From Acaryochloris marina S15 (GTDB taxonomy: Bacteria; Cyanobacteriota; Cyanobacteriia; Thermosynechococcales; Thermosynechococcaceae), in contig NZ_CP064923.1 of assembly GCF_018336915.1 (NCBI RefSeq), positions 4,230,001 to 4,262,000 on the forward strand: 32,000 nt of DNA, read 5' to 3'. Position 1 is the stretch's first letter, and the number at the start of each line of letters is the position of its first letter. The notes beneath the pieces are model-generated. The model saw only the letters and a list, made by a program, of their open reading frames with translations. It ran no database searches and had not been told where the DNA came from. Both the position numbers and the translations under genes were made by a program. Below, piece after piece: positions 18,444 to 27,553 of the stretch.

Positions 18444-19898
18444 ATGTCTAAACGATTGCCCGTCATTCAAACCCTCTTCAGTACTCTAGCGATGTCAATG
18501 GTGCTGACATCTTCAGCCCTAGCGACAAAGCCGACATTGATTGCCGAGGAAGAATCGTTTAATCCCATTGCCCCTAAATCGGAATCTGCTCCTGCAGATA
18601 ATGTCATTGAGCCTCAGCCCCGCCGTCGCCCTATTTTTGACAATGGCTATCAGCGAGTGATTGACCAAACGGTACAAATGGTCTCCAATGGCAAGGCTCA
18701 ACAGCTGGCCAAGCGGTTTGGCTTAAATATCCTCAACGTCACTTGGGAAGATACAGGACGCTACAAAAACTCCTCAGTCGGTCCCAATATCAGCGATATG
18801 ACGATTCAAGTCCAACATCGCGACCCAAAATCTCGGTCCAATCGCCTGCATCTAATGCCTGTGATTCGACATCCCAACTTTTCTGATAAAACCGCCGATG
18901 TCCGTCTGGATCGATTTTTCCTCAAGGTCGGCAATGAGAAAGGGGCTAAATTACGCAAAGTGGCTCTCAAAGATATTTTGAAAGACCCACGACGATATCT
19001 GCATCAGCCCAATTCTTGGACAGGTCGCCAAAAATCCTTATTGGCTCCTCGCGATACCCATGCGCTGGTCAGTGCTCAAGCCAGCTTCTTACCCATTCCC
19101 CAGGGAGGCAAAGCTGAATTCAATCCGGTTCTGTTCAACTATCAGTCCTATGCAGATAACCCTGCGGTCCTCACCATTCTGGCGACCCGAGAAGGGACCA
19201 GCATGACGGTGATTGACAACAAACGCGATGCTTTCTCTGCAGGTCAGACTTGGGGACAACGGTTGTTCTTTAACCAAAATGGTGAACGGGCTAGTTTGAC
19301 GGGGCAGCGAGCTAGTGATTTTGTCAGCAGTGGTCAGTCTTCTGCCAGCAGCTCTAAGGATGTGGAAGACCGAGGCTTAAATATGGTGCTGCTGATTCAG
19401 GTACCTCTCAAACAAAAACGGCCGATGCCGATGTTTACACCTGAAGCAATGGAGGATAGCGCCATGGGTGCAAGTGCTCCCACTGCAAAAGCTCAACGCA
19501 GCAATGTTGAGGCTGCAGTGATTGGCCATGGCGAGGTGGAAGGTCCCTTTACTGAAATTGATAATTTGGCGATTGAGCGTGATCCTCGTTTCCCGGTGCG
19601 GGTCACAGTCCAGTTCTATAAAGCCACCAGCAATGGCGCGGTGTCTCAGGCAGATATGAAACACATTAACCAACAAATCGCTCGGGTCTATGACGATGCC
19701 GACTATGTCGGCAGTTTAGTGGTCGAAGGCGATACGGGGCGACCCACAGAGTATGACGGATCTAAACAGGAACCTCCCACTTGGTGGCAGGAATTCTGGA
19801 AGCGTCATCGTTCCAATACTGGACAATCCAAGGAAGATACATGGGAAATGCTCAACCGACTCATCGCCCAAGCATGGTCTGAGAATATCGATTCCTAA
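18444..19898 (+). CDS. Secreted protein of unknown function (484 aa from the Met at 18444; the ORF opens at 18369)
   Basis: Long uninterrupted ORF. From MSKRLPVIQTLFSTLAMSMVLTSSALA it has a typical signal peptide. I recognise no catalytic or family motif. A Ser-rich linker (SSGQSSASSSKD) separates two regions. Confidence 0.7.
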   Translation: MSKRLPVIQTLFSTLAMSMVLTSSALATKPTLIAEEESFNPIAPKSESAPADNVIEPQPRRRPIFDNGYQRVIDQTVQMVSNGKAQQLAKRFGLNILNVTWEDTGRYKNSSVGPNISDMTIQVQHRDPKSRSNRLHLMPVIRHPNFSDKTADVRLDRFFLKVGNEKGAKLRKVALKDILKDPRRYLHQPNSWTGRQKSLLAPRDTHALVSAQASFLPIPQGGKAEFNPVLFNYQSYADNPAVLTILATREGTSMTVIDNKRDAFSAGQTWGQRLFFNQNGERASLTGQRASDFVSSGQSSASSSKDVEDRGLNMVLLIQVPLKQKRPMPMFTPEAMEDSAMGASAPTAKAQRSNVEAAVIGHGEVEGPFTEIDNLAIERDPRFPVRVTVQFYKATSNGAVSQADMKHINQQIARVYDDADYVGSLVVEGDTGRPTEYDGSKQEPPTWWQEFWKRHRSNTGQSKEDTWEMLNRLIAQAWSENIDS

Positions 19899-19927
19899 AT
19901 GGGTTAGATCATGAAGCTTTCAATTGC

Positions 19928-20359
19928 ATGATTGAACTATCTGCATACGATTTTTCTATCGATCCACCCCAAACAGCCATTAGGGAATGGTGGCAAGTAC
20001 TTATCAATATTGAAGCAACGTTTTGCATCACCGTTGGCAAAGTACAGATTATTCAGGAGCCCCACTATTGCGTTGTGGAACTGGTCAATGCGCTTCGGCG
20101 TTGGGAGGCCAGTTCCACCTATTTATCAGATTTCGAATATGAGTCCATGAATGAAGAAGAGACTGAACTCTTGTAGTTTCGGTTAGCTTCAGAGGATCGT
20201 TGGCTTGTTGGCTCAGCATGGCAACAAACTGAATATCCAGATTTGGTGTCTACCCAAGCGTTCAAAACAGCCATTCAAATTTTCAAAAAAAGTGTTGAGC
20301 AATCAGTTGCAAATGATCTTGGTGTAAATCTCATAGACTTTGAGGAGTTCGCTGCTTGA
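19928..20359 (+). pseudogene. Small gene (about 143 codons) interrupted by a single in-frame TAG at 20174-20176
   Basis: The 82-codon ORF 19928-20176 continues in the same frame for 60 more sense codons (FRLASEDRWLVGSAWQQTEYPDLVSTQAFKTAIQIFKKSVEQSVANDLGVNLIDFEEFAA) to TGA at 20357-20359. TAG is one substitution away from TGG (Trp). Confidence 0.5.
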
Positions 20360-20407
20360 TCAACCTTTGCAGTCCAAGATTCACTCGACAACATAGAACT
20401 TAGACAG

Positions 20408-21346
20408 CTAGTTGAGACTTTGAAGAGTATCGCTGAATAAGTTGAAGAAGCGATACTCTTCCAGAGGTTGTTGATGATTCCAGGTCGCGGACACACAGTA
20501 ATTTTTGCCAGAGTCATCTCTGAGGGCTGTGGTTAGATTCAAGACGCCTGGTTCTGCACCCCCTTTAAAGGCAACTTGTTGCCAATTATCAGAGTTAATA
20601 ATGCCTGTGTTGATTTGCGTGAGCGGTAGATCAGCAACTTTTTCGATCAATTGGCAGAGTTCTTGGGTGGTGAAAAACCATTCGATGTCTGGAGCGAGGG
20701 GTTGGTTATCGACTAGCTCAACGGTTGGGAGAGGGGCTTGATGGATAGTCGGCAGTAAATCTTGGGGAGAGGGGCTTTGGCGATACGTTTCTAGCAAGTC
20801 CTGATTCTCAGGACTTTTGAGGGTGAAGACTTCTTGGGTTGTCAGAAAGGGCCGATTTCGGGGCGATGCCTGAGAGAGGGTGTCTCGACCAACGATTTGG
20901 ATGAGGACATCGGCTGCGGTATTATCGCTGATCGAAATCATCAGACTGGCTAGGGTTTGTAGGGTGAAGGGGGCCTGATCAGGCCAGTCTTGGAGGATAC
21001 CGCTGGGAATACTTTTCCATTCGGGTTTTAATTCAACGACTTCGTCCCAGGAATGTTGCCCTGTCTCGATCTGTTGCTGAAGTTCGGCTAATACTTGGAG
21101 TTTGAATGTGGATGCGATCGCAAGAGGTTTCTCAGCATTCAGCGAGACCAGGGCCTTGTCATCCTTGAGGACCAACACACTCGTTTCTCCGGGCAAAGCG
21201 TCAAATGCATCAACTAGCTTATTGGGAGTTGCTCCTGCTTCTGCATAAGGCAGCTCTAGGCAAATTAGAAGAAAGACCGTTCCAAGGGCTGTAAGCAAGC
21301 ACTGCTTTATTAAATTTTTATGTTCAAAATGCCAATAAAATTCCAT
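20408..21346 (-). CDS. Class A beta-lactamase-related serine hydrolase (secreted)
   Basis: 312 aa with a signal-like N-terminus. It has SxxK (ASTFKL), SDN (SISDNTAAD) and a KTG-like element (FKGGAEPG). Confidence 0.75.
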   Translation of the reverse strand: MEFYWHFEHKNLIKQCLLTALGTVFLLICLELPYAEAGATPNKLVDAFDALPGETSVLVLKDDKALVSLNAEKPLAIASTFKLQVLAELQQQIETGQHSWDEVVELKPEWKSIPSGILQDWPDQAPFTLQTLASLMISISDNTAADVLIQIVGRDTLSQASPRNRPFLTTQEVFTLKSPENQDLLETYRQSPSPQDLLPTIHQAPLPTVELVDNQPLAPDIEWFFTTQELCQLIEKVADLPLTQINTGIINSDNWQQVAFKGGAEPGVLNLTTALRDDSGKNYCVSATWNHQQPLEEYRFFNLFSDTLQSLN

Positions 21347-21530
21347 AATTAATCAACCCAAGGTATTCCCAAGACAAAAGAATTATTGATCTGCGCCAGA
21401 GAAAAATGCGTAATTATACGGAAGACTAAAAATATCCCATTTCAAAGTTCAGTATTTCTGACCTGAACACTCTCGATTATTTTGGGGATCATAGAAATAT
21501 AAGAAATCGATACCTGGGGGATATGATTAC

Positions 21531-21632
21531 ATGCTAATTCCTATTGCTGGATTTGCTGCTTTATCAATGTTATCTATCATTACGAATACTTTAATCTTGA
21601 TGGATAGCAAAAACGCCCCTATTGAGAACTAG
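21531..21632 (+). CDS. Candidate 33-aa single-TM small ORF (speculative)
   Basis: ATG at 21531 gives MLIPIAGFAALSMLSIITNTLILMDSKNAPIEN, then TAG at 21630-21632. A G-rich stretch (ctggggga) lies 10-18 nt upstream. There is no homology support, and I do not match it to any known Psb/Pet/Psa peptide. Confidence 0.15.
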   Translation: MLIPIAGFAALSMLSIITNTLILMDSKNAPIEN

Positions 21633-21880
21633 AGCTCTAACCCATTGCCTGCTCTAGGTGCAATCGTGCTAAGAAATCAACAACAGAATTGTAAAAAAGT
21701 TTTTAAAACTGCGTAAAAGCAGTTATGCAATCTGATAACTATAATATAGATTGCCAAACCAAACCTCTAAACCCTTATTTTTTGAAATGGGGGTTTTTTA
21801 TTGCAATCAAACCCTAGCAATGGCAGATGGCTATTCTATTCACCCCAGAAAATTGAATTTCCTCCGATACTATTTTCTTT

Positions 21881-21924
21881 AAAACAATCCAGGCTACCCA
21901 AATTTGGGTAGCCTGGATTGTTTT
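21881..21924 (-). terminator. Perfect 22+22 nt palindromic terminator immediately downstream of chlB
   Basis: aaaacaatccaggctacccaaa (21881-21902) is the exact reverse complement of tttgggtagcctggattgtttt (21903-21924). It lies 22 nt past the chlB stop, and the stem ends in a T4 run on either strand. Confidence 0.75.
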
Positions 21925-21946
21925 ACCTTAAATCAAGGAATTGAGG

Positions 21947-23473
21947 TTATGCACCCACCGCTTCTTTCGCGGCATACAGAACCTCAGCAGTGATCTCAGT
22001 AATCTCGCGCTCACGAGCAAATTTCTCGGTATTCCGCTTCACTTTGCCGCGCACAAAACCAGGAATTTTGTTGAGTTCTGCCTGACCATCAGAACTCCAA
22101 CCCAAGTCAGAATCAGCCGAGATGCCCTTCGTGATCACTTCCTTGGTGTCATGGCCACCGAAGATTTCTAACAAGTGGTCTTCCATGCCTAGGGTGAAAG
22201 AGTTATAAACCAAATCAGCCACCTGATTTGTCCCTTCGTAGCCCAGGAAAGGTTTATAGCCGATGGGGAAATCTTGAATATGGATAGGAGCGGCAATCAC
22301 ACCACAAGGAATATTAAGCCGCTTACCGACATGGCGCTCCATTTGCGTACCAAAGATAGCAGAGGGTTCGACTCGGGCGATGGCATCGCCGATAGCACCA
22401 TGATCTTCATTGATCAGCACTTCGTCGCAATATTCGCTCACTTCCTTACGGAACCATTCTTCATCGTATTTGCAGTAGCAGCCTGCCCAAACCACATGAA
22501 TGCCCATTTCGCGAGCCAGAATTTTCGTCATCGCTGCCGCATGAGTGCTGTCACCATAGACCACGGCCTTCTTGCCCGTTAGGTTTTGGCAATCGATGGA
22601 GCGAGAAAACCAGGCTGCTTGAGAAACATGCAGGGTTTGGTTCTCAATAAATTCTTCGTAGTTAACGTCTGCCCCTTGAGCATTGATAATTTCTTGGATC
22701 TTACGGATACAGCGGGCTGTTTCTACCACACCCATGGGTGTGATATCGACGAAGGGCATGCCAAACTCTTCCTCTAGATAGCGAGCGGACATATGTCCAA
22801 TCTCACGATAGGGAACGAGGTTAAACCAGGCCTGAGGTAACCGTCTGAGGTTATGGACGGACGCCCCTTCAGGAATGACTTCATTGACTTCAATCCCTAA
22901 GTCAGCCATTAACCGCTTCAGTTCGGTGCAGTCATGCTGATTATGAAAACCTAGGGTTGAGATACCAATGATGTTGACGGAAGGCTTAGCGGTTTTCTCT
23001 TCCAGTAAATCGCCATTTTTACGGGCTTTCTGGATATAAAACTGAACAATTTGGTCTAGGGTGCGGTCTGCAGCCTGTAGCTCATTGACCCGATAGTGAT
23101 TCACATCAGCCAGCAGAACATCCCCTTTAGTACTGAGGGCAGCTCGCTCGACAAAGTTCTCCAGATCTTCTTGCAGGATGCTGGAAGTACAGGTAGGGGT
23201 AAGGACAATCAAATCAGGATTTTCCTCTTCATCCTTCCGAGTAATGTTATCGACAACTTTTTCCTGAGAGCCACGGGCTAAAACATGACGATCGACGACA
23301 CTGGCAGTAACGGGGGTGAAATTCCGCTCTCGCTCTAGCATGGAGCGCATCACGTTGAAATAGTCATCCCCCAAGGGAGCATGCATAATGCCATGAACAT
23401 TTTTGAACGAACTGGCAACTCTCAACGTACCAATATGAGCTGGACCAGCGTACATCCAGTAGGCTAATTTCAT
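21947..23473 (-). CDS. chlB: Light-independent (ferredoxin-dependent) protochlorophyllide reductase subunit B
   Basis: 508 aa. [58 protein letters not shown] is the highly conserved ChlB N-terminus, and the length is typical. Confidence 0.95.
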   Translation of the reverse strand: MKLAYWMYAGPAHIGTLRVASSFKNVHGIMHAPLGDDYFNVMRSMLERERNFTPVTASVVDRHVLARGSQEKVVDNITRKDEEENPDLIVLTPTCTSSILQEDLENFVERAALSTKGDVLLADVNHYRVNELQAADRTLDQIVQFYIQKARKNGDLLEEKTAKPSVNIIGISTLGFHNQHDCTELKRLMADLGIEVNEVIPEGASVHNLRRLPQAWFNLVPYREIGHMSARYLEEEFGMPFVDITPMGVVETARCIRKIQEIINAQGADVNYEEFIENQTLHVSQAAWFSRSIDCQNLTGKKAVVYGDSTHAAAMTKILAREMGIHVVWAGCYCKYDEEWFRKEVSEYCDEVLINEDHGAIGDAIARVEPSAIFGTQMERHVGKRLNIPCGVIAAPIHIQDFPIGYKPFLGYEGTNQVADLVYNSFTLGMEDHLLEIFGGHDTKEVITKGISADSDLGWSSDGQAELNKIPGFVRGKVKRNTEKFAREREITEITAEVLYAAKEAVGA

Positions 23474-24221
23474 TCTCTAGACTCTCCCTTGAGTTTCAGC
23501 ACCTGTAAGCATTATTGACTAGTTTGCAGTGGTTGAGTAAGGATAAATTATCCTTAAATCGCAAAAAATAGAATCAAATGAATTCATAGGCAATATATAC
23601 AAATAATAAAGTCTAAAAATCTTAAAATTAGAATCTTAATTAGATATACATATTTAATCTATAAAAACAAGAACAATAAACAAAAAATCTTTTAACATGC
23701 CAGCTTTCAAAAGCTTTATAGATAAGCACAGTTGATCGGCAGTCCGACATCAATGGCAAGAGATGAGGTACCAATGCTGTTTAACACTATTACTAGTGCC
23801 TGTTCCCCCCTTCAGATTGGCGTAAACCTAGGCGAGTTATCCATGATCGGCTTGCTAGGAATGTCGCAATCCAGCCATTCATATCAGCATTGCTAATTTG
23901 AACAACAGAACATAGAACCCTTTCTAAAGACTGGGGTTGGCCTTAAAAGAAAAAATCGCTGGGGATTGGCTGATACGGTTCGTTCCATATTGCTAAGCAA
24001 GAGTTGTCAATAGGAGTGATCATTAAATTTAGTTACTTTTTGCTATTTTGAGGCTTAGCCAGGGACTTCGTAGTTGAAGCACGGGACAAATAAGCCAATT
24101 GGCCAAAAGGCAGAATTGCTCGGTGAGGTTTGAGGCCGTATCCAACTTTATAGGTGATTCCTTCAAAGGTTTCGATAAGATGGGACAAGTCCGTAAAATT
24201 AGCTGAGACAATAGATCCGCA

Positions 24222-26042
24222 ATGTCCGCTGAACAGCAACCTGAACAACAGCCTGAAAAGATTCATTTGCCCAAGACAAGTGAATCAGAACAACTCAAGA
24301 AAATCCGTCACACCACGTCCCATGTGATGGCGATGGCCGTTCAGAAGCTGTTTCCTGGCACCCAAGTCACGATTGGTCCATGGATTGAGTCGGGGTTCTA
24401 TTACGACTTTGACAGCCCGAATCCTTTTACAGATAAAGACTTGAAGGCCATCAAGAAAGAGATGGTCAAAATCATCAAGAAGAAGCTGCCTGTAGAACGG
24501 GAGGAGGTGAGTCGGGAAGAGGCAAAGCAAAGAATCGAAGCACAGCAAGAACCTTATAAGCTGGAAATCCTGGAAGATCTAAAAGATCCAATCACCCTCT
24601 ATCATTTGGGCGATCAGTGGTGGGATTTATGTGCGGGTCCCCATGTGGAGTCCACTGGCGATTTGAATCCCAAAGCGATTGCCCTAGAAAGTGTCGCGGG
24701 TGCCTACTGGCGTGGGGATGAAACTAAGGCCCAATTGCAGCGCATTTATGGCACTGCTTGGGAGAACCCTGAACAACTGGCAGAACATAAACGGCGGAAG
24801 GAAGAAGCACTTCGACGTGACCACCGCAAGCTAGGAAAAGAGCTGGGATTATTTATCTTTTCTGATCTGGTGGGACCAGGATTGCCACTATGGACGCCTA
24901 AGGGAACCTTGTTGCGATCGCAACTCGAAGACTTCCTCAAACAGGAACAGGTCAAGCGGGGATATCTGGGAGTGACCACGCCCCACATTGCTCGGGTTGA
25001 TCTATTTAAGACATCAGGTCACTGGCAAAAATACCAGGAAGACATGTTCCCGCTGATGAGCGAGAACGATGAAGATCGAAACTCCGAACAAGGCTTTGTC
25101 ATGAAGCCCATGAACTGTCCGTTTCATATTCAGATCTATAAGAGTGAGTTGCGCTCTTACCGCGACTTACCCATGCGACTGGCCGAATTCGGCACGGTAT
25201 ATCGGTATGAGCAATCCGGAGAATTAGGTGGATTAACCCGAGTGCGCGGTTTTACCGTCGATGACTCTCACCTCTTTGTGACCCCGGATCAGCTCGATGA
25301 TGAGTTTCTGAAGGTGGTGGATTTAATTCTGTCTGTCTTTGAAAAGCTACAGCTCAAGAACTTCAAAGCCCGTCTGAGCTTCCGCGATCCAGATTCAGAC
25401 AAATATATTGGTTCTGATGAAGCCTGGGACAAAGCCCAGAATGCCATTCGTCGAGCGGTAGAAACCCTGGGAATGGAGCATTTTGAAGGCATTGGCGAAG
25501 CCGCGTTCTATGGCCCTAAGTTGGATTTCATTTTCCAAGATGTCCTCGATCGAGAATGGCAGTTAGGAACGGTTCAGGTGGACTATAACCTGCCCGAACG
25601 CTTTGACCTGGAGTTTATGGGTGAAGATGGCAACCGCCAGCGCCCAATTATGATTCACCGGGCTCCCTTTGGATCCCTCGAACGCCTGATTGGCATTTTG
25701 ATTGAGGAATATGCAGGCGTCTTTCCGCTATGGTTAGCGCCTGAGCAGGTGCGACTCTTGACCGTCAATGATGATCACATGCCCTTTGCCGAGACAGTTG
25801 CAGCAGACTTACAGACCCAAGGAATTCGAATTGCTGTGGATAAAAGTGGCGATCGCCTAGGCAAAAAAATCCGCAATGCGGAGAAAGCCAAGATTCCAGT
25901 GATGTCGGTGATTGGGGATAAGGAAGTAGAAGCCAATAGCCTCAATATTCGGACACGGGCATCGGGGGAGTTAGGAGCCATTCCTGTAGATGAGGTGAAA
26001 CAGAAGTTAGGAGATGCGATCGCAACTTTCTCAGCTTTTTAG
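24222..26042 (+). CDS. thrS: Threonine--tRNA ligase (editing, catalytic and anticodon-binding domains present; no N-terminal TGS domain)
   Basis: 606 aa. The editing-site HxxxH (HTTSH, residues 30-34) is followed by GPWIESGFYYDFD. Class II motifs are present (FRDL..R.AEFG, GFTVDDSHLF, HRAPFGSLER). The N-terminus has a short EQQPEQQPE repeat. Confidence 0.95.
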   Translation: MSAEQQPEQQPEKIHLPKTSESEQLKKIRHTTSHVMAMAVQKLFPGTQVTIGPWIESGFYYDFDSPNPFTDKDLKAIKKEMVKIIKKKLPVEREEVSREEAKQRIEAQQEPYKLEILEDLKDPITLYHLGDQWWDLCAGPHVESTGDLNPKAIALESVAGAYWRGDETKAQLQRIYGTAWENPEQLAEHKRRKEEALRRDHRKLGKELGLFIFSDLVGPGLPLWTPKGTLLRSQLEDFLKQEQVKRGYLGVTTPHIARVDLFKTSGHWQKYQEDMFPLMSENDEDRNSEQGFVMKPMNCPFHIQIYKSELRSYRDLPMRLAEFGTVYRYEQSGELGGLTRVRGFTVDDSHLFVTPDQLDDEFLKVVDLILSVFEKLQLKNFKARLSFRDPDSDKYIGSDEAWDKAQNAIRRAVETLGMEHFEGIGEAAFYGPKLDFIFQDVLDREWQLGTVQVDYNLPERFDLEFMGEDGNRQRPIMIHRAPFGSLERLIGILIEEYAGVFPLWLAPEQVRLLTVNDDHMPFAETVAADLQTQGIRIAVDKSGDRLGKKIRNAEKAKIPVMSVIGDKEVEANSLNIRTRASGELGAIPVDEVKQKLGDAIATFSAF

Positions 26043-26050
26043 AGTGAACA

Positions 26051-27253
26051 GTGGAATCATTTCGGCTCTCCATTCAACAAGCTAGAAAACTGGTCCTGTT
26101 ATCACAGCGGTTACCGCCGAGGAACCAATCCGGTCGTGCAATTGAAGCGACGCTATCGGCGATTGAGCACCTTGGCTATATCCAGATTGACACCATCTCT
26201 GTTATTCAGCGCGCCCATCACCATACTCTGTGGAATCGCAATCCTCGTTATGAGGCTTCCCAGCTCGATCAACTACTTGCCGACAAACAGATTTTTGAAT
26301 ACTGGTCTCACGCGGCTGCCTACCTGCCTCTTCGTGACTACCAATTCAGTCTGCCTCGTAAACATGCCCTCGCAAGAGGTGACCAGAGCCACTGGTATAA
26401 GCGCGATGAGCAGATGTTGAAATGGGTGCTCAAGCGTATTGCCACCGAAGGCCCGTTAATGGCGAAAGATTTTGAACATACTGGGAAAAGGATCGATCCA
26501 TGGAAAACCAAACCGGCTAAACGCGCCTTGGAATATCTGTTTATGCAGGGGGATCTTATGGTGCCGTACCGGATCAATTTTCACAAGGTTTATGATCTCA
26601 CCGAGCGGGTATTGCCAGAAGGGACCAATACCATCCTGCCGACTCCAGAAGAATACGCTCGATTTCTGATTACGCGATATTTGCGTGCCAACGGATTAGG
26701 GCAATCTGTCGAAATTGCCTATTTGTTGAAAGGCATCAAGCCACTTGTTGATCAGACATTGGAGGACATGGTTTCTACCGGCGAGCTATTGCAGATTCGT
26801 GTCACTAGTAGGCTCTACTATGCATTGCCAATCGCACTGGAGCTGCTCAGCAAACCTTTGGCTCGCAGCAAACTAAAAATACTCTCACCATTTGACAATC
26901 TTGTTATTCAGCGCAAACGCATCAAGGCGCTATTTGGTTTTGATTATTTAATTGAGTGCTATGTTCCTGAGGCCAAACGCCGATACGGCTACTTCTCTCT
27001 CCCCATTTTGTGGGAGGGGAAGCTGGTCGCGCGAATGGACTGCAAGACCGAGAGGACTGAATCACTGCTGCATATTCATCATCTCGCACTGGAACCCACC
27101 GTCTTAAAAACTGAGGGGTTGTTCCTTGCTCTACGTAAGGAATTAGGATCATTTCTGCAATTCAATCACTGCAAACAGCTCCGGTTACACAGAACCTCCC
27201 CCGCCAAGGTTAAACCAGACTTGCAGAGTCTGATCAATGACTTGACGAGTTGA
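26051..27253 (+). CDS. ycaQ: YcaQ-like (HTH_42/DUF1006) winged-helix DNA glycosylase family protein
   Basis: 400 aa with a GTG start 8 nt after the thrS stop. LGYIQIDTISVIQRAHHHTLWNR...IFEYWSHAAAYLP parallels E. coli YcaQ (LLQIDTINIV...MEYWAHEACFMP). The QID triplet at residues 45-47 corresponds to the Q-phi-D catalytic motif of the YcaQ-like branch. Confidence 0.8.
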   Translation: MESFRLSIQQARKLVLLSQRLPPRNQSGRAIEATLSAIEHLGYIQIDTISVIQRAHHHTLWNRNPRYEASQLDQLLADKQIFEYWSHAAAYLPLRDYQFSLPRKHALARGDQSHWYKRDEQMLKWVLKRIATEGPLMAKDFEHTGKRIDPWKTKPAKRALEYLFMQGDLMVPYRINFHKVYDLTERVLPEGTNTILPTPEEYARFLITRYLRANGLGQSVEIAYLLKGIKPLVDQTLEDMVSTGELLQIRVTSRLYYALPIALELLSKPLARSKLKILSPFDNLVIQRKRIKALFGFDYLIECYVPEAKRRYGYFSLPILWEGKLVARMDCKTERTESLLHIHHLALEPTVLKTEGLFLALRKELGSFLQFNHCKQLRLHRTSPAKVKPDLQSLINDLTS

Positions 27254-27553
27254 AACTTGACACAATGAATAGGCCTGAAACGTTATTGCCACAAGACAAC
27301 GGACAGGTTCTGGTGGGAGAGTGATGATTAACTCGGTCGCAAACCTGTAGGTTCTCTTTTTCGCAGAAACTGACTAGGCCATGTTGATCGAGCATGAGCC
27401 GCCTGAACTGACATTCCTTACTTTCAGAAACTTACGACGGTACACAATGATAAATGCGAAACCGCCAACCGCATGATCCGCAGTGAACGGACGCTCTGGC
27501 CCAATCATCGTAACCGTTAGGCGGTGCTATCTTGAGATGTATGACGTACAAAG

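Noticed and set aside
19932-20517. Alternative ORFs around the amber-split gene (19932-20150 plus in another frame; 20275-20517 minus)
   Set aside because: The 19928 frame has the more protein-like translation and continues after the TAG. The minus ORF overlaps both that gene and the 3' end of the beta-lactamase-like gene and has no motif.
21941-23281. Plus-strand ORFs antisense to chlB (21941-22171, 22274-22582, 22586-22777, 23096-23281)
   Set aside because: chlB is unambiguous on the minus strand, and these are antisense artefacts.
23560-23700. AT-rich block with repeated aatcttaa / aaaat motifs as a possible tandem repeat or CRISPR-like array
   Set aside because: There are no regularly spaced repeats of 20 nt or more. 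This is only low-complexity A/T sequence, consistent with a promoter or curved-DNA region.
24033-24266. 77-aa minus-strand ORF upstream of and overlapping the thrS start
   Set aside because: Its only Met lies inside thrS coding sequence, antisense to the EQQPEQQPE repeat. The remainder has no start codon or RBS and no recognisable family.
24285-25981. Minus-strand ORFs antisense to thrS (24285-24548, 24746-24988, 25289-25492, 25775-25981)
   Set aside because: They are antisense to a clear thrS frame and their composition is Ser/Arg/Leu-rich.
27254-27553. Possible decayed gene in the 300-bp spacer after ycaQ (several 15-50 codon fragments; one minus-strand frame is open apart from a single TAG)
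   Set aside because: The translations are Cys/Arg-rich and do not look like protein. The long minus frame lacks a start and runs about 70 nt into the antisense of ycaQ. I recognise no motif. I treat the region as non-coding or promoter sequence for the OGFr-like gene.
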